DNA of 64,000 bases from an uncultured bacterium (GCA_946188155.1 CAMHUC010000010.1:5834-69833), one strand, 5' to 3'; counted from the first letter of the stretch, positions 8,887 through 18,850 are shown. Numbers and translations: made by a program. Notes: a model not told the origin generated them from the letters alone.

Positions 8887-11483
8887 ATTTCATTCAGCTT
8901 GTTCAGCGCCTCGAGGGGCGTGAGATTGTTCACGTCGAGGCCCAGGATCTCATCGCGCACTTGGCAGAGTACTGGGTCGTCGAGCTGGAAGAACGACAGC
9001 TGCATGCCTTCGCGAGAAGCGGCGATTTCCGCCGTGGGCTTACCCGCCGAGCCCACCTGCGCATTCTCTGCCTCCAGCTGCTTCAGAATCACGTTGGCGC
9101 GCTTCACGATGCTTCGCGGCATACCTGCAATCTCGGCCACGTGGATACCGAAGCTGTGCTCGCTCCCACCCTTTTCGAGTTTTCGCAGGAAGATCACCTT
9201 GCCGTCCACCTCCTTCACCGATACGTTATAGTTCTTGATACGCGAGAAATTTTTTTCCATCTCGTTCAGCTCGTGATAGTGGGTGGCGAAGAGCGTGCGG
9301 GGGTGGCCCTTGGCGTTCTCGTGCAGATACTCCACAATAGCCCAGGCGATGGAGATGCCGTCGTAGGTACTCGTGCCGCGGCCCAGCTCATCGAAGAGCA
9401 CCAGGGAGCGGCTGCTGACGTTGTTGAGGATGTTCGAGGCCTCGGTCATCTCCACCATAAAGGTGGACTCTCCCAACGAGATGTTATCGCTCGCGCCCAC
9501 ACGGGTGAATATTTTGTCCACCAGACCGATTCTCGCGGCCTCTGCGGGCACGAAGCAGCCTATCTGGGCCATCAGTACTATCAGTGCCGTTTGGCGCAGC
9601 AGAGCCGACTTTCCGGCCATATTCGGGCCGGTGATGATGATGATCTGCTGCCGCTCGTTGTCGAGCAGGATGTCGTTGGGCACATAGCGCTCGCCCAGGG
9701 GCAGTTCCTGCTCGATGACGGGGTGGCGGCCCTGCTTGATGTCGATCACCTCCGAGGAGTCGATCACGGGCCGTATGTAGCCGTTCTCCTCGGCCGTCTT
9801 GGCGAAGCTCAGCAGGCAGTCGAGCCGGGCGATGATGTTGGCATTGATCTGTATCTGCGGGATAAACTCCTGCATCGACATCACCAGGTCGTTGAAGAGC
9901 TTGGCCTCAAGGCTCAGGATCTTGTCCTCCGCGCCCAGTATCTTCTCCTCATACTCCTTCAGCTCCTGGGTGATGTAGCGCTCGGCCTGTGCCAGTGTCT
10001 GCTTGCGCACCCACTCCGGGGGCACCTGGTTCTTATACGTATTGCGCACCTCGAGATAGTAGCCGAACACGTTGTTGTAGCCTATCTTCAGCGAGGCGAT
10101 GCCCGTCTGCTGGGCCTCGCGCTCCTGAATCTTCAGCAGGTAGTCCTTGCCGCTGTAGGCTATCTGTCGCAGCTCGTCCAGCTCGGGGCTCACGCCGTCG
10201 CATATCACCCCACCCTTCGCTACGAGCTGTGGCGGGTCGTTGTGTATCTCCTTCTCAATCCTGTCGCGCAGACTCTCGCAGAGGTTCAGCTGCTCCCCCA
10301 CCCTCTTCAGGGCGTCGTTGCCGGCGTAGAGGCAGGCCGTCTTGATGGGCTGGATGGCCTGCAGGGCTGTCTTCAGCTGCACCACCTCGCGCGGCGACAC
10401 GCGCCCCACGGCCACCTTCGAGATGATGCGCTCCAGGTCGCCGATGCGGTGCAGCTGGTCGTCGATGCACTGTCGGAACTCGGGCTCCCGGTAGTAGTAC
10501 TCCACCACGTCGAGCCGCTGCTTGATGGGGTTCTCATCCTTCAGGGGGAACACGAGCCAGCGGCGCAGCAGCCGGCCGCCCATGGGCGACACCGTGCGGT
10601 CTATCACGTCGAGCAGGCTCTTGCCGTCGTCCTGCATCGGGTGTACCAGCTCCAGGCTGCGAATGGTGAACTTGTCCAGGCGCACGTACTTGTCCTCCTC
10701 GATGCGCGAGATGCTTGTGATGTGGCCTATCTGCGTGTGCTGCGTCTGCTCCAGGTATTGCAGGATGGCCCCGGCGGCGATGGTGCCGTTCAGCAGATGG
10801 TCCACGCCGAAGCCCTTCAGGTTCTTCACGCGGAAGTGCTTCAGCAGCTTCGTCTTGGCCGTCTGCTCGGTGAACACCCAGTCGTCGAGCAGGAAGGTGA
10901 AGTAGCGGTTGCCGAAGCGCTGCTCGAAGTCCTGCTTCCTGTTGCGCTCGTGCAGTATCTCCTTCGGCGCGAAGTTGCCTAAAAGTTTCTCCACGTAGTC
11001 GTAGGTGCCCTCGCCCGTCAGGAACTCTCCGGTGGAGATGTCGAGGAAGGCCACGCCGCAGGCCGACTTGCCGAAGTGTACGGCTGCCAGGAAGTTGTTC
11101 TCCTTGTAGTTCAGCACGTTGTCGGAGAGGGCCACGCCAGGCGTCACCAGCTCGGTGATGCCTCGCTTGACGAGCTTCTTGGTCAGCTTGGGGTCCTCCA
11201 GCTGGTCGCAGATGGCCACGCGCTTGCCGGCGCGGATGAGCTTGGGCAGGTAGGTGTCCAGGGCGTGGTGGGGGAATCCGGCCATCTCGTCGCCTCGCAC
11301 GCCGGCCCCGTTGTTGCGGTGGGTCAGCGTGATGCCCAGTATCTTGGAGGCCGTGACGGCATCCTCGCAGTAGGTCTCATAGAAGTCGCCGCAGCGGAAG
11401 AGCAGCACGGCGTCGGGGTGCTTCGCCTTCAGGTCGAAGAACTGCTTCATCATCGGGGTCAGTTCCCCGTCTTTCTTTGCCAT
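8862..11483 (-). CDS. mutS: DNA mismatch repair protein MutS
   Basis: [47 protein letters not shown]. Confidence 0.99.
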   Translation of the reverse strand: MAKKDGELTPMMKQFFDLKAKHPDAVLLFRCGDFYETYCEDAVTASKILGITLTHRNNGAGVRGDEMAGFPHHALDTYLPKLIRAGKRVAICDQLEDPKLTKKLVKRGITELVTPGVALSDNVLNYKENNFLAAVHFGKSACGVAFLDISTGEFLTGEGTYDYVEKLLGNFAPKEILHERNRKQDFEQRFGNRYFTFLLDDWVFTEQTAKTKLLKHFRVKNLKGFGVDHLLNGTIAAGAILQYLEQTQHTQIGHITSISRIEEDKYVRLDKFTIRSLELVHPMQDDGKSLLDVIDRTVSPMGGRLLRRWLVFPLKDENPIKQRLDVVEYYYREPEFRQCIDDQLHRIGDLERIISKVAVGRVSPREVVQLKTALQAIQPIKTACLYAGNDALKRVGEQLNLCESLRDRIEKEIHNDPPQLVAKGGVICDGVSPELDELRQIAYSGKDYLLKIQEREAQQTGIASLKIGYNNVFGYYLEVRNTYKNQVPPEWVRKQTLAQAERYITQELKEYEEKILGAEDKILSLEAKLFNDLVMSMQEFIPQIQINANIIARLDCLLSFAKTAEENGYIRPVIDSSEVIDIKQGRHPVIEQELPLGERYVPNDILLDNERQQIIIITGPNMAGKSALLRQTALIVLMAQIGCFVPAEAARIGLVDKIFTRVGASDNISLGESTFMVEMTEASNILNNVSSRSLVLFDELGRGTSTYDGISIAWAIVEYLHENAKGHPRTLFATHYHELNEMEKNFSRIKNYNVSVKEVDGKVIFLRKLEKGGSEHSFGIHVAEIAGMPRSIVKRANVILKQLEAENAQVGSAGKPTAEIAASREGMQLSFFQLDDPVLCQVRDEILGLDVNNLTPLEALNKLNEIKKIVSGK

Positions 11484-11502
11484 GAGCCGTTATTCTTCAC
11501 TT

Positions 11503-11537
11503 TTCAATTATCAATTGTCAATTGTCAATTATCAATT
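11503..11537. repeat. Heptamer tandem repeat (TCAATT[A/G])n
   Basis: ttcaattatcaattgtcaattgtcaattatcaatt. Confidence 0.8.
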
Positions 11538-12173
11538 CTTCAAGTATTGCATGATGAGCTCCACGACCTGCTCCTCCGTGTGGCCGTCGGCATTGATCAC
11601 CAGGTCGTAGTTACGGGTGTCGTAGCGCGACGTGCCGGTATATTTCCTGACGTAGTTCTCGCGGCCCTTGTCCACCTCGTTGATAATCCGCTCGGCCTCC
11701 TCACGGCTGATGCCGCGCTTGCCCACCAGCCGGCTGATACGGCTCTCCCTCGAGGCCTGGATGAGGATGCTCAGGCGGTTGGGGTGCTCCCTGAGCACAT
11801 AGAAGCCGCTGCGGCCGGCGATGACGCACGACTCGGCGTCGGCGATGCCCCTGAGAATCTCTGTCTCTGACACGAACAGGTCGTCGGTGATGAGGAAGTC
11901 GGGTAGGGTAGTGGCTGCCGATGTGATCTGCGGCGCCGCGTAGCTGGGCATCAGCTTCAGACTGCGCTTGAAGTCGGCCCACCAGTTGTGCTGCTGGCCC
12001 TTCAGCCGTTCTATCTCCTCGGTGCTCAGACCGTATTTCTCCTTCAGTGCCGTGATGAGGGCCTTGTCGTAGAAGGGCACGCCCAGCCGCGCTGCCAGTT
12101 TCTCGCCGATGGTGCGGCCGCCGGAGCCGAGCTCGCGGTTGATGGTCACTACAAATTTCTCGTTCAGATTCAT
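11532..12173 (-). CDS. Cytidylate kinase-like family protein
   Basis: VVTINRELGSGGRTIGEKLAARLG, SCVIAGRSG, YDLVIN; start trimmed to MNLNEK. Confidence 0.85.
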   Translation of the reverse strand: MNLNEKFVVTINRELGSGGRTIGEKLAARLGVPFYDKALITALKEKYGLSTEEIERLKGQQHNWWADFKRSLKLMPSYAAPQITSAATTLPDFLITDDLFVSETEILRGIADAESCVIAGRSGFYVLREHPNRLSILIQASRESRISRLVGKRGISREEAERIINEVDKGRENYVRKYTGTSRYDTRNYDLVINADGHTEEQVVELIMQYLKN

Positions 12174-12195
12174 ATCGTTCTTGTTGATTATCTCG

Positions 12196-12349
12196 GCAAA
12201 GGTACGAATAAGTGAGCAGAATGCCAAAAAAAAACGATTTTTTTTTTGGCATTCTCGAACGAGAGTACCTTCGGCAAGGCCAAAGGTACGCAGAATTTCC
12301 GAAACGGCCAAATAAATTTGGCATTTCGTGTACTTATTAGTACCTTTGC
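12196..12349. repeat. Palindromic dispersed repeat carrying outward-facing promoters at both ends
   Basis: Ends gcaaaggtacgaataagt / acttattagtacctttgc; the left 22 nt have a perfect reverse-complement copy at 18825-18846. Confidence 0.7.
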
Positions 12350-12353
12350 AGCC

Positions 12354-12992
12354 GTGGACGACAAGCGTTATCTTATGACCCTCATCCGTGAGGGCGAGCA
12401 CCAGCAGCAGGACTTCAAGTATCGGGTGGCCGATGCGGCGAAGCTCGCCAAGTCGGTATCGGCCTTTGCCAATACCGACGGGGGCCGCCTGCTGATAGGC
12501 GTGCGCGACGATGGCCACCTCTCCGGCGTGCGCTCCGAGGAGGAGATCTTCATGATGCACCAGGCGGCCTACAAGTACTGCCGCCCGGAGGCCAGCATCA
12601 AGTTCGACACCTACCACGTGGAGGGCCGCACGATAGTCGTGGCCACCGTGCCGCCATCCGAGCGGAAGCCCGTCTGCGCCATCAGCGACGAGGGCCGCCA
12701 GCGGGCCTATATCCGCATCGCCGACGAGAACATCGTGGCATCACCCGTCCACCTGGCCATCTGGCGCGAGCAGCAGTCGGAGCGCGGCTCCATGATGACC
12801 TATACCGAGGGGGTACGCCGCCTGCTGCAGGCGATGACCACCGCCGAGCCCCAGCAGTTCACCCTCAACCAGGTGGTGCGCCGCTCCCGTCTGCCGCGCC
12901 CAAAGGTCGTCACGCTGCTGGCACGTCTGGTACGCTTCGGTGTCGTCGGCTGGCAGTATCGCGACCAGCAGTTCTTCTTCAGCCTGGCATGA
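12354..12992 (+). CDS. Schlafen/AlbA_2-domain protein with C-terminal wHTH
   Basis: GEHQQQDFK, SAFANTDGGRLLIGVRDDG; start is GTG 12354 or ATG 12375. Confidence 0.85.
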   Translation: MDDKRYLMTLIREGEHQQQDFKYRVADAAKLAKSVSAFANTDGGRLLIGVRDDGHLSGVRSEEEIFMMHQAAYKYCRPEASIKFDTYHVEGRTIVVATVPPSERKPVCAISDEGRQRAYIRIADENIVASPVHLAIWREQQSERGSMMTYTEGVRRLLQAMTTAEPQQFTLNQVVRRSRLPRPKVVTLLARLVRFGVVGWQYRDQQFFFSLA

Positions 12993-13000
12993 GCCACCAT

Positions 13001-13315
13001 CCGCACGCGCACGCGTATAGTAGGGATATGCCGAAAACATGTGTGTCATGTGTACCATCTGACACGCGGGGGTGTCAGATGGTACACATGGCACACTTGT
13101 TTTCCGTAAATGACAACTATAGTGCGAAACGACCCTTTTGGGGAGTCCGAAGGCTACTTCCCGTCGACAGGAGCCTACTTTCGCTCAAGGGAAGGCTACT
13201 TTCCGTCGACAGGAGCCTACTATTTCCAGACAGGAGCCTCCAAATTTTCAAGCGAAGGCTCCTATTTGGCAAGAAGAGCCTCCTATTTCCAGACAGGAGC
13301 CTCCATTCAATAGAT
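13001..13315 (+). repeat. Composite element A: hairpin (13033-13104) plus 8 x 21-nt units (13148-13315)
   Basis: Inverted repeat seen directly; units cgaaggctacttcccgtcgac, aggagcctactttcgctcaag and so on; homologous element at 49969-50343. Confidence 0.8.
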
Positions 13316-14443
13316 CCTATATATCCACATTTCCAAGAATCGGTCGGAAACACTGTAAGCCTTTGTGCGTCCCTCGTTCTGATAGGTCAGAAGTTGTTTC
13401 TCCAGTAAAGTATTGATGGCATGCTGGACGGAACTGGGGGATTTGAGTGCATGCTTTTTCACGAAAGCAACAGAAGTGACACCACAAGCTTTACCTTCTT
13501 TGGCTATGGCTATCAGTGTTTCTTTCTGCTGGTAGTTGAGCTGGTTCATCACCGAGGCAAAGGAGCGGCCCTTCTCTTCCAGAATGTCGCTTAGTGTCTT
13601 GTTTATGTCGGACTCGTCAATAGTCTTGTCGGGATCCAGATATGCAAAAGCGTTGTGGAGAACGTTGTGAACGTAATAGGTATGTCCTTCAAACATGTCG
13701 TAGGCAAGTGACACCGCTTCGGGTGAGATTTTACGTCCTGCTTTTGAAAACTGCTCTTGGGCAAAACTGGTATAGACTTCCTTCGGAATGCAATCAAGAT
13801 ATGTCTGCTCAGCACTATTGTAGAAAGGCTTTGCTGCTGAGCTGAACATATTCTCAAGGATATGACGGTTGCTGCCGGCATAGATGAACAGGCAATTGCT
13901 CATTTTTTGGATATGTGTACGCAGTATTGCCTCTACGTTCTTCTCTGGATAATCGGCAATTTGCTGAAACTCATCGATAGCAAAGATACATGGCTTGTCG
14001 GCCTGCTCCAAGTAACGGAAAATTTCCTCCAGAGTCAGCTCGGGTGTGTGAATATCGCCCAGTTTGACATCGAAAGTGGGGAATCCGGTAATAGGATCGT
14101 ATCCAAAACTGCCTGCCAAGGAATGAATGCCCGCCAAGAATTTATCAATAACGGTCTTTCCTTTGGGTACCAGAACGGTATATATCTCCTTGCTAAGGAA
14201 CAAGACCAACTCGTGCAGACTGGTGGTAGGATATATATCCGTATAGAAGGTATAGTAACTGTTCTTGATAGCGGGTTGCTCATACACGTGGCGAATCAAT
14301 TGCGTCTTACCCATTCTTCGAGGAGAAGTCAACAGGATGTGAGCCTTATTCTCAAGGGTACGAATAAACCACATGGTTTCTTTATCCCTGTCACAGAAAT
14401 AGGGTTCTGGGATGATTCCGGTGATGTAGAAAGGATTCTCCAT
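13307..14443 (-). CDS. Stand-alone P-loop ATPase (archaeal-ATPase/AAA-like) with C-terminal wHTH
   Basis: NPF..G.....YFCDR, SPRRMGKT Walker A, IDEFQQI Walker B; lower GC. Confidence 0.88.
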   Translation of the reverse strand: MENPFYITGIIPEPYFCDRDKETMWFIRTLENKAHILLTSPRRMGKTQLIRHVYEQPAIKNSYYTFYTDIYPTTSLHELVLFLSKEIYTVLVPKGKTVIDKFLAGIHSLAGSFGYDPITGFPTFDVKLGDIHTPELTLEEIFRYLEQADKPCIFAIDEFQQIADYPEKNVEAILRTHIQKMSNCLFIYAGSNRHILENMFSSAAKPFYNSAEQTYLDCIPKEVYTSFAQEQFSKAGRKISPEAVSLAYDMFEGHTYYVHNVLHNAFAYLDPDKTIDESDINKTLSDILEEKGRSFASVMNQLNYQQKETLIAIAKEGKACGVTSVAFVKKHALKSPSSVQHAINTLLEKQLLTYQNEGRTKAYSVSDRFLEMWIYRIY

Positions 14444-14580
14444 AATGCTGCTAATTTGTGCAAAAGTAAGCAAAAAGCAGCAATTATACAAATCCTATAA
14501 TAGAAATTCTATAATCAATTGCTGCTTTTCACTTTTTTTAAGGATAACGCGTTGTGGGCCAAGCCTTTTCAATTCATTTA

Positions 14581-15453
14581 CTATTTACTGCTGCCGACTA
14601 CCTTCGAGATGTCGAGCATCATGCCGTTGCCGCCTACGATCTGGGGCATCTTGCCGTCCCACTTCTCAATCATGTCCTCCTGCACTATCATCGGCGAGAG
14701 CGAGGCGGCTATCGTCTTGTTGTAGTACGCCTCGGCGTCGGCCTTGATGCGCATGGCCTTGGCGGCACCCTCGGCCTTGGCAATCTCAATCTTGGCGTTG
14801 GCCTCGGCCTCCTTCACCTGGTTCTCGGCCTTCAGGGCACTCTGTATGGCCGTGTTCTTGGCGTCGATCATCGCCGTCAGCGAGCTGGGCGGGGTAATCT
14901 TGCTGGTGAACTCCTCGACAATAAAGCCCTCGGCCATGAGCGACTTCTCCAAGCGGGCACGCACGTCGCGCTCGAAGTTGGCGCGGTTCGACATCAGCGA
15001 GTCCGACGTGTACTGGTTGGCGCAGGTGCGGTAGGCCTCGTAGATGCAGGTGCGTATGTAGCCCTCCTCCAGCTCCTTCACGCCGACGCGGTACTTGGTG
15101 AAGATGTCGCAGGCCTTCTCGGGGTTGATGCGGTAAGCTATCGTGGGGTCCATCTCGAAGATGGAGGCGTCCTTGGCGTTCACACTAAACGTCTCGTACT
15201 GCTTGCGCTGGGTGAAGGTGGGGTAGGTGAACACGCTCGTCGTGATGGGGTTGTAGAATACCCAGCCCTTGCAGGTGCCCTCCACGCCGCCATAGTCCTG
15301 CTCGGATGCCGACCACTTGTGGAACTTGATGCCCACCTCGCCGGAGTCGACCACCGTGCAGCAGACGGCGAAGAACAGCAGCACCAGCACGATGCAGCCT
15401 ACGGCATACATCAGGGGGCGACTGAGCTTATTGTCAATAAAGGATTTAGTCAT
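14581..15453 (-). CDS. SPFH/Band 7 (prohibitin) family membrane protein, copy 1
   Basis: N-terminal TM, VDSGEVGI, AE/AK-rich coiled coil, IEKWDGKMP. Confidence 0.9.
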   Translation of the reverse strand: MTKSFIDNKLSRPLMYAVGCIVLVLLFFAVCCTVVDSGEVGIKFHKWSASEQDYGGVEGTCKGWVFYNPITTSVFTYPTFTQRKQYETFSVNAKDASIFEMDPTIAYRINPEKACDIFTKYRVGVKELEEGYIRTCIYEAYRTCANQYTSDSLMSNRANFERDVRARLEKSLMAEGFIVEEFTSKITPPSSLTAMIDAKNTAIQSALKAENQVKEAEANAKIEIAKAEGAAKAMRIKADAEAYYNKTIAASLSPMIVQEDMIEKWDGKMPQIVGGNGMMLDISKVVGSSK

Positions 15454-15472
15454 AATCGAAAGGTTTTTATTA

Positions 15473-15874
15473 CTACTTAGCCCGCTTCCAGGTCTGCGTC
15501 TCATAGAACATACCTAAGTAGCCCCTCACCTTCAGCTCGCTGCCCTCAGGCCAGATGGCGCACTTGTAGGTCTTGCCATTCTTCGGGTTGTAGATCTGGC
15601 CGCCCTCCCACTTGTCCTTCTTCTTCGACAGGCCCGAGAGGATGTTCACACCCATCAGCTTGCGCGACTTCAGCTTGGCGTCCTTGTTGTTCTTGTCCAC
15701 CGTGTCGGGGCCTTTCTGCAGCCACACGATCTTGCCGTTCAGCACGTTGCCCTGCTGATAGATTTCCACCTGTGCGTCGCCCGACTCGGTGACCCACTTT
15801 CCAGTAATGCCCTGCGCATAGCCGCCTATCGACAGCAGCATGAGGGCCATGCTCAATAATGCCTTTTTCATCAT
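15473..15874 (-). CDS. DUF2147-domain secreted protein, copy 1
   Basis: GKWVT, GKIVWL, WEGGQIYNPKNGKTY, LKVRGY...TQTWKR. Confidence 0.88.
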   Translation of the reverse strand: MMKKALLSMALMLLSIGGYAQGITGKWVTESGDAQVEIYQQGNVLNGKIVWLQKGPDTVDKNNKDAKLKSRKLMGVNILSGLSKKKDKWEGGQIYNPKNGKTYKCAIWPEGSELKVRGYLGMFYETQTWKRAK

Positions 15875-16032
15875 CGTTATCATGTTTGATTCATTATTCT
15901 GTGGCAAAGGTAGTGATTTTGCGACAATCCTCCAAGCTTTTTCCGAAGTTTTAACTCTCTTTCCTTTGCCGTTTCGAATTCTTTTCGCATCTTTGCACCC
16001 GATGAGTGACCCAAAGTCTATCATAATGAAAG

Positions 16033-16054
16033 CTTGCCATAACTGTCGCAAAAC
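16033..16054 (+). repeat. 22-bp direct repeat, left copy
   Basis: cttgccataactgtcgcaaaac, identical to 18737-18758. Confidence 0.85.
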
Positions 16055-16111
16055 CCACAAAAAAAGCACCCCTCTCGGAGTGCTTCTTTTGTGAGTATAG
16101 TGTCATTTTGA

Positions 16112-18418
16112 TTAGAGGTCGCCCCACGTGGAAATTAAATCGTTGTATTTCGCTTTGACTTGTGGGACAAGTTGCTCAAGGACTTTGACATCATTCAGAT
16201 TGTAGGCATTAAGAAAAGCATGATCTGCTACTCTGATAACAGCCAAGTTCAGCATAAACTCATTTTTGAATGTTTGACCGACATGCACATAATTCTTGAC
16301 TGTTACTCCTCCTAACATGGCTAACTTCTTCAGGTCAGCATAATATTCCTTCCTGTTTAACTCTTGCTCGGCTGCGGGCCTTGCCAGTTTTATTAAATCT
16401 TCCGCCAGCCACTTCAAGTCGCCCTCTGTCGGCTCCGGCTCTCTCTTCATGGCACTTACGAAGTCGCTTCTGAGTAGGTTCGCATCTATGCGCAATGCAT
16501 TCTGGAATTCATGTACAAACGCATTCTTGTGCAGTATCGTTACAGTATTCAGCCAGTTCCTGTCGTTAATCTTAGTAGTACAATAATTCTTTTCTTTTGT
16601 ATATGCCTGGTCGAATGCAGCTGCGGTCCTCTCAACGTCACTCGTCGTGAGATTCAGGAACACCTTTTTTAGCGCTGACTTGACTGCCTGGAGCCCCATT
16701 GTGGTTGCCAAGCATGTATTAATCTTCTCAGTGGCCACTTCTTTGCTGTTGCCTAATTGCATATACAAGGATATCATCTCGTCGTAGCGCTCTCTGTAGT
16801 CACCGCCGGGCTTCTGCTCGTCGAGCAGGTTTAGCATATCCTTCACCATGCGCTCCATATTCTCCTTATTCTGCTGGTATTGGCTCTTGTGGATGTTGTC
16901 GCCAGGCTGCTGGGGGAACTTGAGCAGTGTCCAGGGGCCTGCCAGGTCGAAGGTGGTCTTATACTCTGCCAGCTCATAGCCCAGAACCTCCAGCTTGGCA
17001 CCTACCTGAGCCTGTATCGACAGGTCGATCTGTGCGTGCCAGTCGAAGCCGTTAGCACCTGCTGTCACCTCGGCTTCTGCGCCCAGACGGGGACCGACGG
17101 CGGCCTCAGGGCCTACCACATCGTAGATCTTCACCTCTGCACCCAGCATCAGACCCACGCCGGCCTCTGCCCTGAAGTTCACCTCGGGCTTGATGAGCGA
17201 GATCTCGTTACGCTCCTCCTCAAACTTGTTCAGGCTCTTCCAGCCGCTGCCCTTGTAGTAGCCTACGCCGGCACGGAAGGTGTTGGCATACTCATACTTG
17301 AGGCCAATCTGTGCGTTGCCCTCTACGCTGGCGTCGAAATTCATGTAGAGCGAGGGCTTACAGAAGATGCTGACGGGAATCGGGCCAATCATGAAGGTGA
17401 AGGAGAAGCTGTTGAACTTGTAGAGCGTCAGCTTCTGCTTCTTCTCAGGCAGCTCCAGCTTCTTGCTGAAACCGACGGTTACCTCGGGCGAGAATCCGAA
17501 CTGCCCATCGAGACCAGTCTCAAACTTCTCGACGTAGGGCACGGGGATGAATACTTTCCAGTCGATACCGCCGTCGAGCTGCAGGAAGTAGTTCAGCTCG
17601 AAGTCCACGGGAATCTTACCCTTCACGGTGATGGTGTCCTCGGTGCCTTTGCCACACTCCAGCTTATGATTGAAGTCGATGGTGTGATTGGCCTTCAGGA
17701 TGCGGCCAGTGGCACCGAAGCGGGTCTTCGTGCCTACAATCTCCTCAGGTGTCAGGTACTGATACTCGCCGCTGTTGCCACGGGTCATGTTTGCGGTGGG
17801 CTGCTCGTCGGGATAGTGACCCTCCTCATCGTAGCCGAACGGGTCGGTCAGCAGTACGATGGAGGGGTGGATCACGTCGTTCTCATCTACGTACTTGGCA
17901 GCATACTCAGGTATGTTGCTGCTGGCAGCACGGGTCTTCACGGCATCGGCGTTCTCGTTGACCATCACCTCTGTGCTCAGCATGGCCTGCTTCTTGCCGA
18001 TGAGCTCGGCCACGGTGGCCGCCTTCACCTTCAGGATATAGGTGTCGCCCACGAGCTGCTCCTCGTAGGCCTTGCGGGCGAAAGCGCAGGTGCCCTTGGA
18101 GCGCCAGATGCCGAGGGGGTGGTTGACGAACGACTCGATGCCCAGCTTGTCGGCCAGCTTCTTGCTGACGGCGATCTCGGTGGTGTCGGCGTTCAGTATC
18201 TGTACAGCGTTGTCATCGCCGTCGAAGTTGTGGAAGGTGAGTCCGTAAGGCTCAAACTTAGAGTAGTCGCCAACCTGCGTGGAATCCTGTATCTCTGCCG
18301 ACGGATTCTGGGGCTTGTCCCCTACAAACTCGTCATCGCTGCAAGATGCGAAACTGAAAGTAACTGCGGTAGCAATGCTCATGAGCACCGACTTCACCAG
18401 AAATGATTTCTTTGCCAT
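16112..18418 (-). CDS. Large hypothetical lipoprotein
   Basis: 768 aa; SPII signal FSFASC followed by acidic SDDE; beta-rich middle and AT-rich helical C-terminus. Confidence 0.8.
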   Translation of the reverse strand: MAKKSFLVKSVLMSIATAVTFSFASCSDDEFVGDKPQNPSAEIQDSTQVGDYSKFEPYGLTFHNFDGDDNAVQILNADTTEIAVSKKLADKLGIESFVNHPLGIWRSKGTCAFARKAYEEQLVGDTYILKVKAATVAELIGKKQAMLSTEVMVNENADAVKTRAASSNIPEYAAKYVDENDVIHPSIVLLTDPFGYDEEGHYPDEQPTANMTRGNSGEYQYLTPEEIVGTKTRFGATGRILKANHTIDFNHKLECGKGTEDTITVKGKIPVDFELNYFLQLDGGIDWKVFIPVPYVEKFETGLDGQFGFSPEVTVGFSKKLELPEKKQKLTLYKFNSFSFTFMIGPIPVSIFCKPSLYMNFDASVEGNAQIGLKYEYANTFRAGVGYYKGSGWKSLNKFEEERNEISLIKPEVNFRAEAGVGLMLGAEVKIYDVVGPEAAVGPRLGAEAEVTAGANGFDWHAQIDLSIQAQVGAKLEVLGYELAEYKTTFDLAGPWTLLKFPQQPGDNIHKSQYQQNKENMERMVKDMLNLLDEQKPGGDYRERYDEMISLYMQLGNSKEVATEKINTCLATTMGLQAVKSALKKVFLNLTTSDVERTAAAFDQAYTKEKNYCTTKINDRNWLNTVTILHKNAFVHEFQNALRIDANLLRSDFVSAMKREPEPTEGDLKWLAEDLIKLARPAAEQELNRKEYYADLKKLAMLGGVTVKNYVHVGQTFKNEFMLNLAVIRVADHAFLNAYNLNDVKVLEQLVPQVKAKYNDLISTWGDL

Positions 18419-18736
18419 AATATTTTTGTTTTTTTTATTTGTCTATACTTATTTATTTATATTCTCAAAACTGTGGTCCCTTTGTGTGTCAGTAAGGGGC
18501 GAAACTGATAAGAGTAAGCACCTCGGGAGAAGTGCTGCGGTCTGTACCTCTTTTATGATATTCTGTATCACTAAGTCAAAGAACGTTGTTTTGTCGGAAT
18601 CAGGTTTGACTTGCGTCGTTTGTTCTGATTGACGATGCAAAGTTACGGCGATTTATGGCTCACTCCAACAAAACAGCTGATTTCCGTCGGAGATGCATGC
18701 GGCGCTTATACGGAATTTGCGGCAGAAACGGCAGAC

Positions 18737-18758
18737 CTTGCCATAACTGTCGCAAAAC
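18737..18758 (+). repeat. 22-bp direct repeat, right copy
   Basis: Identical to 16033-16054. Confidence 0.85.
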
Positions 18759-18850
18759 AGACGAATTAACTAATGCCAAAATAGGTACTCACGCTCGGAA
18801 AAGCCAAAATAAATTTGGCGTTTCGCTCACTTATTCGTACCTTTGCACCC

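Noticed and set aside
8961-10982. Long antisense ORFs (also 35107-36870, 16880-18406, 51060-52352, 42888-44177)
   Set aside because: Shadow frames opposite well-supported genes with GC-rich codon bias
12174-12617. N-terminal extensions given in the ORF track (cytidylate kinase-like, MATE 47165, AAA 60154, leading parts of 18815 and 44851)
   Set aside because: They run through promoters, repeats or neighbouring genes; family motifs begin at downstream starts
13148-13315. CRISPR array
   Set aside because: The 21-nt period is too short, the conserved core is only 7-10 nt and there are no cas genes; kept as an unexplained array instead
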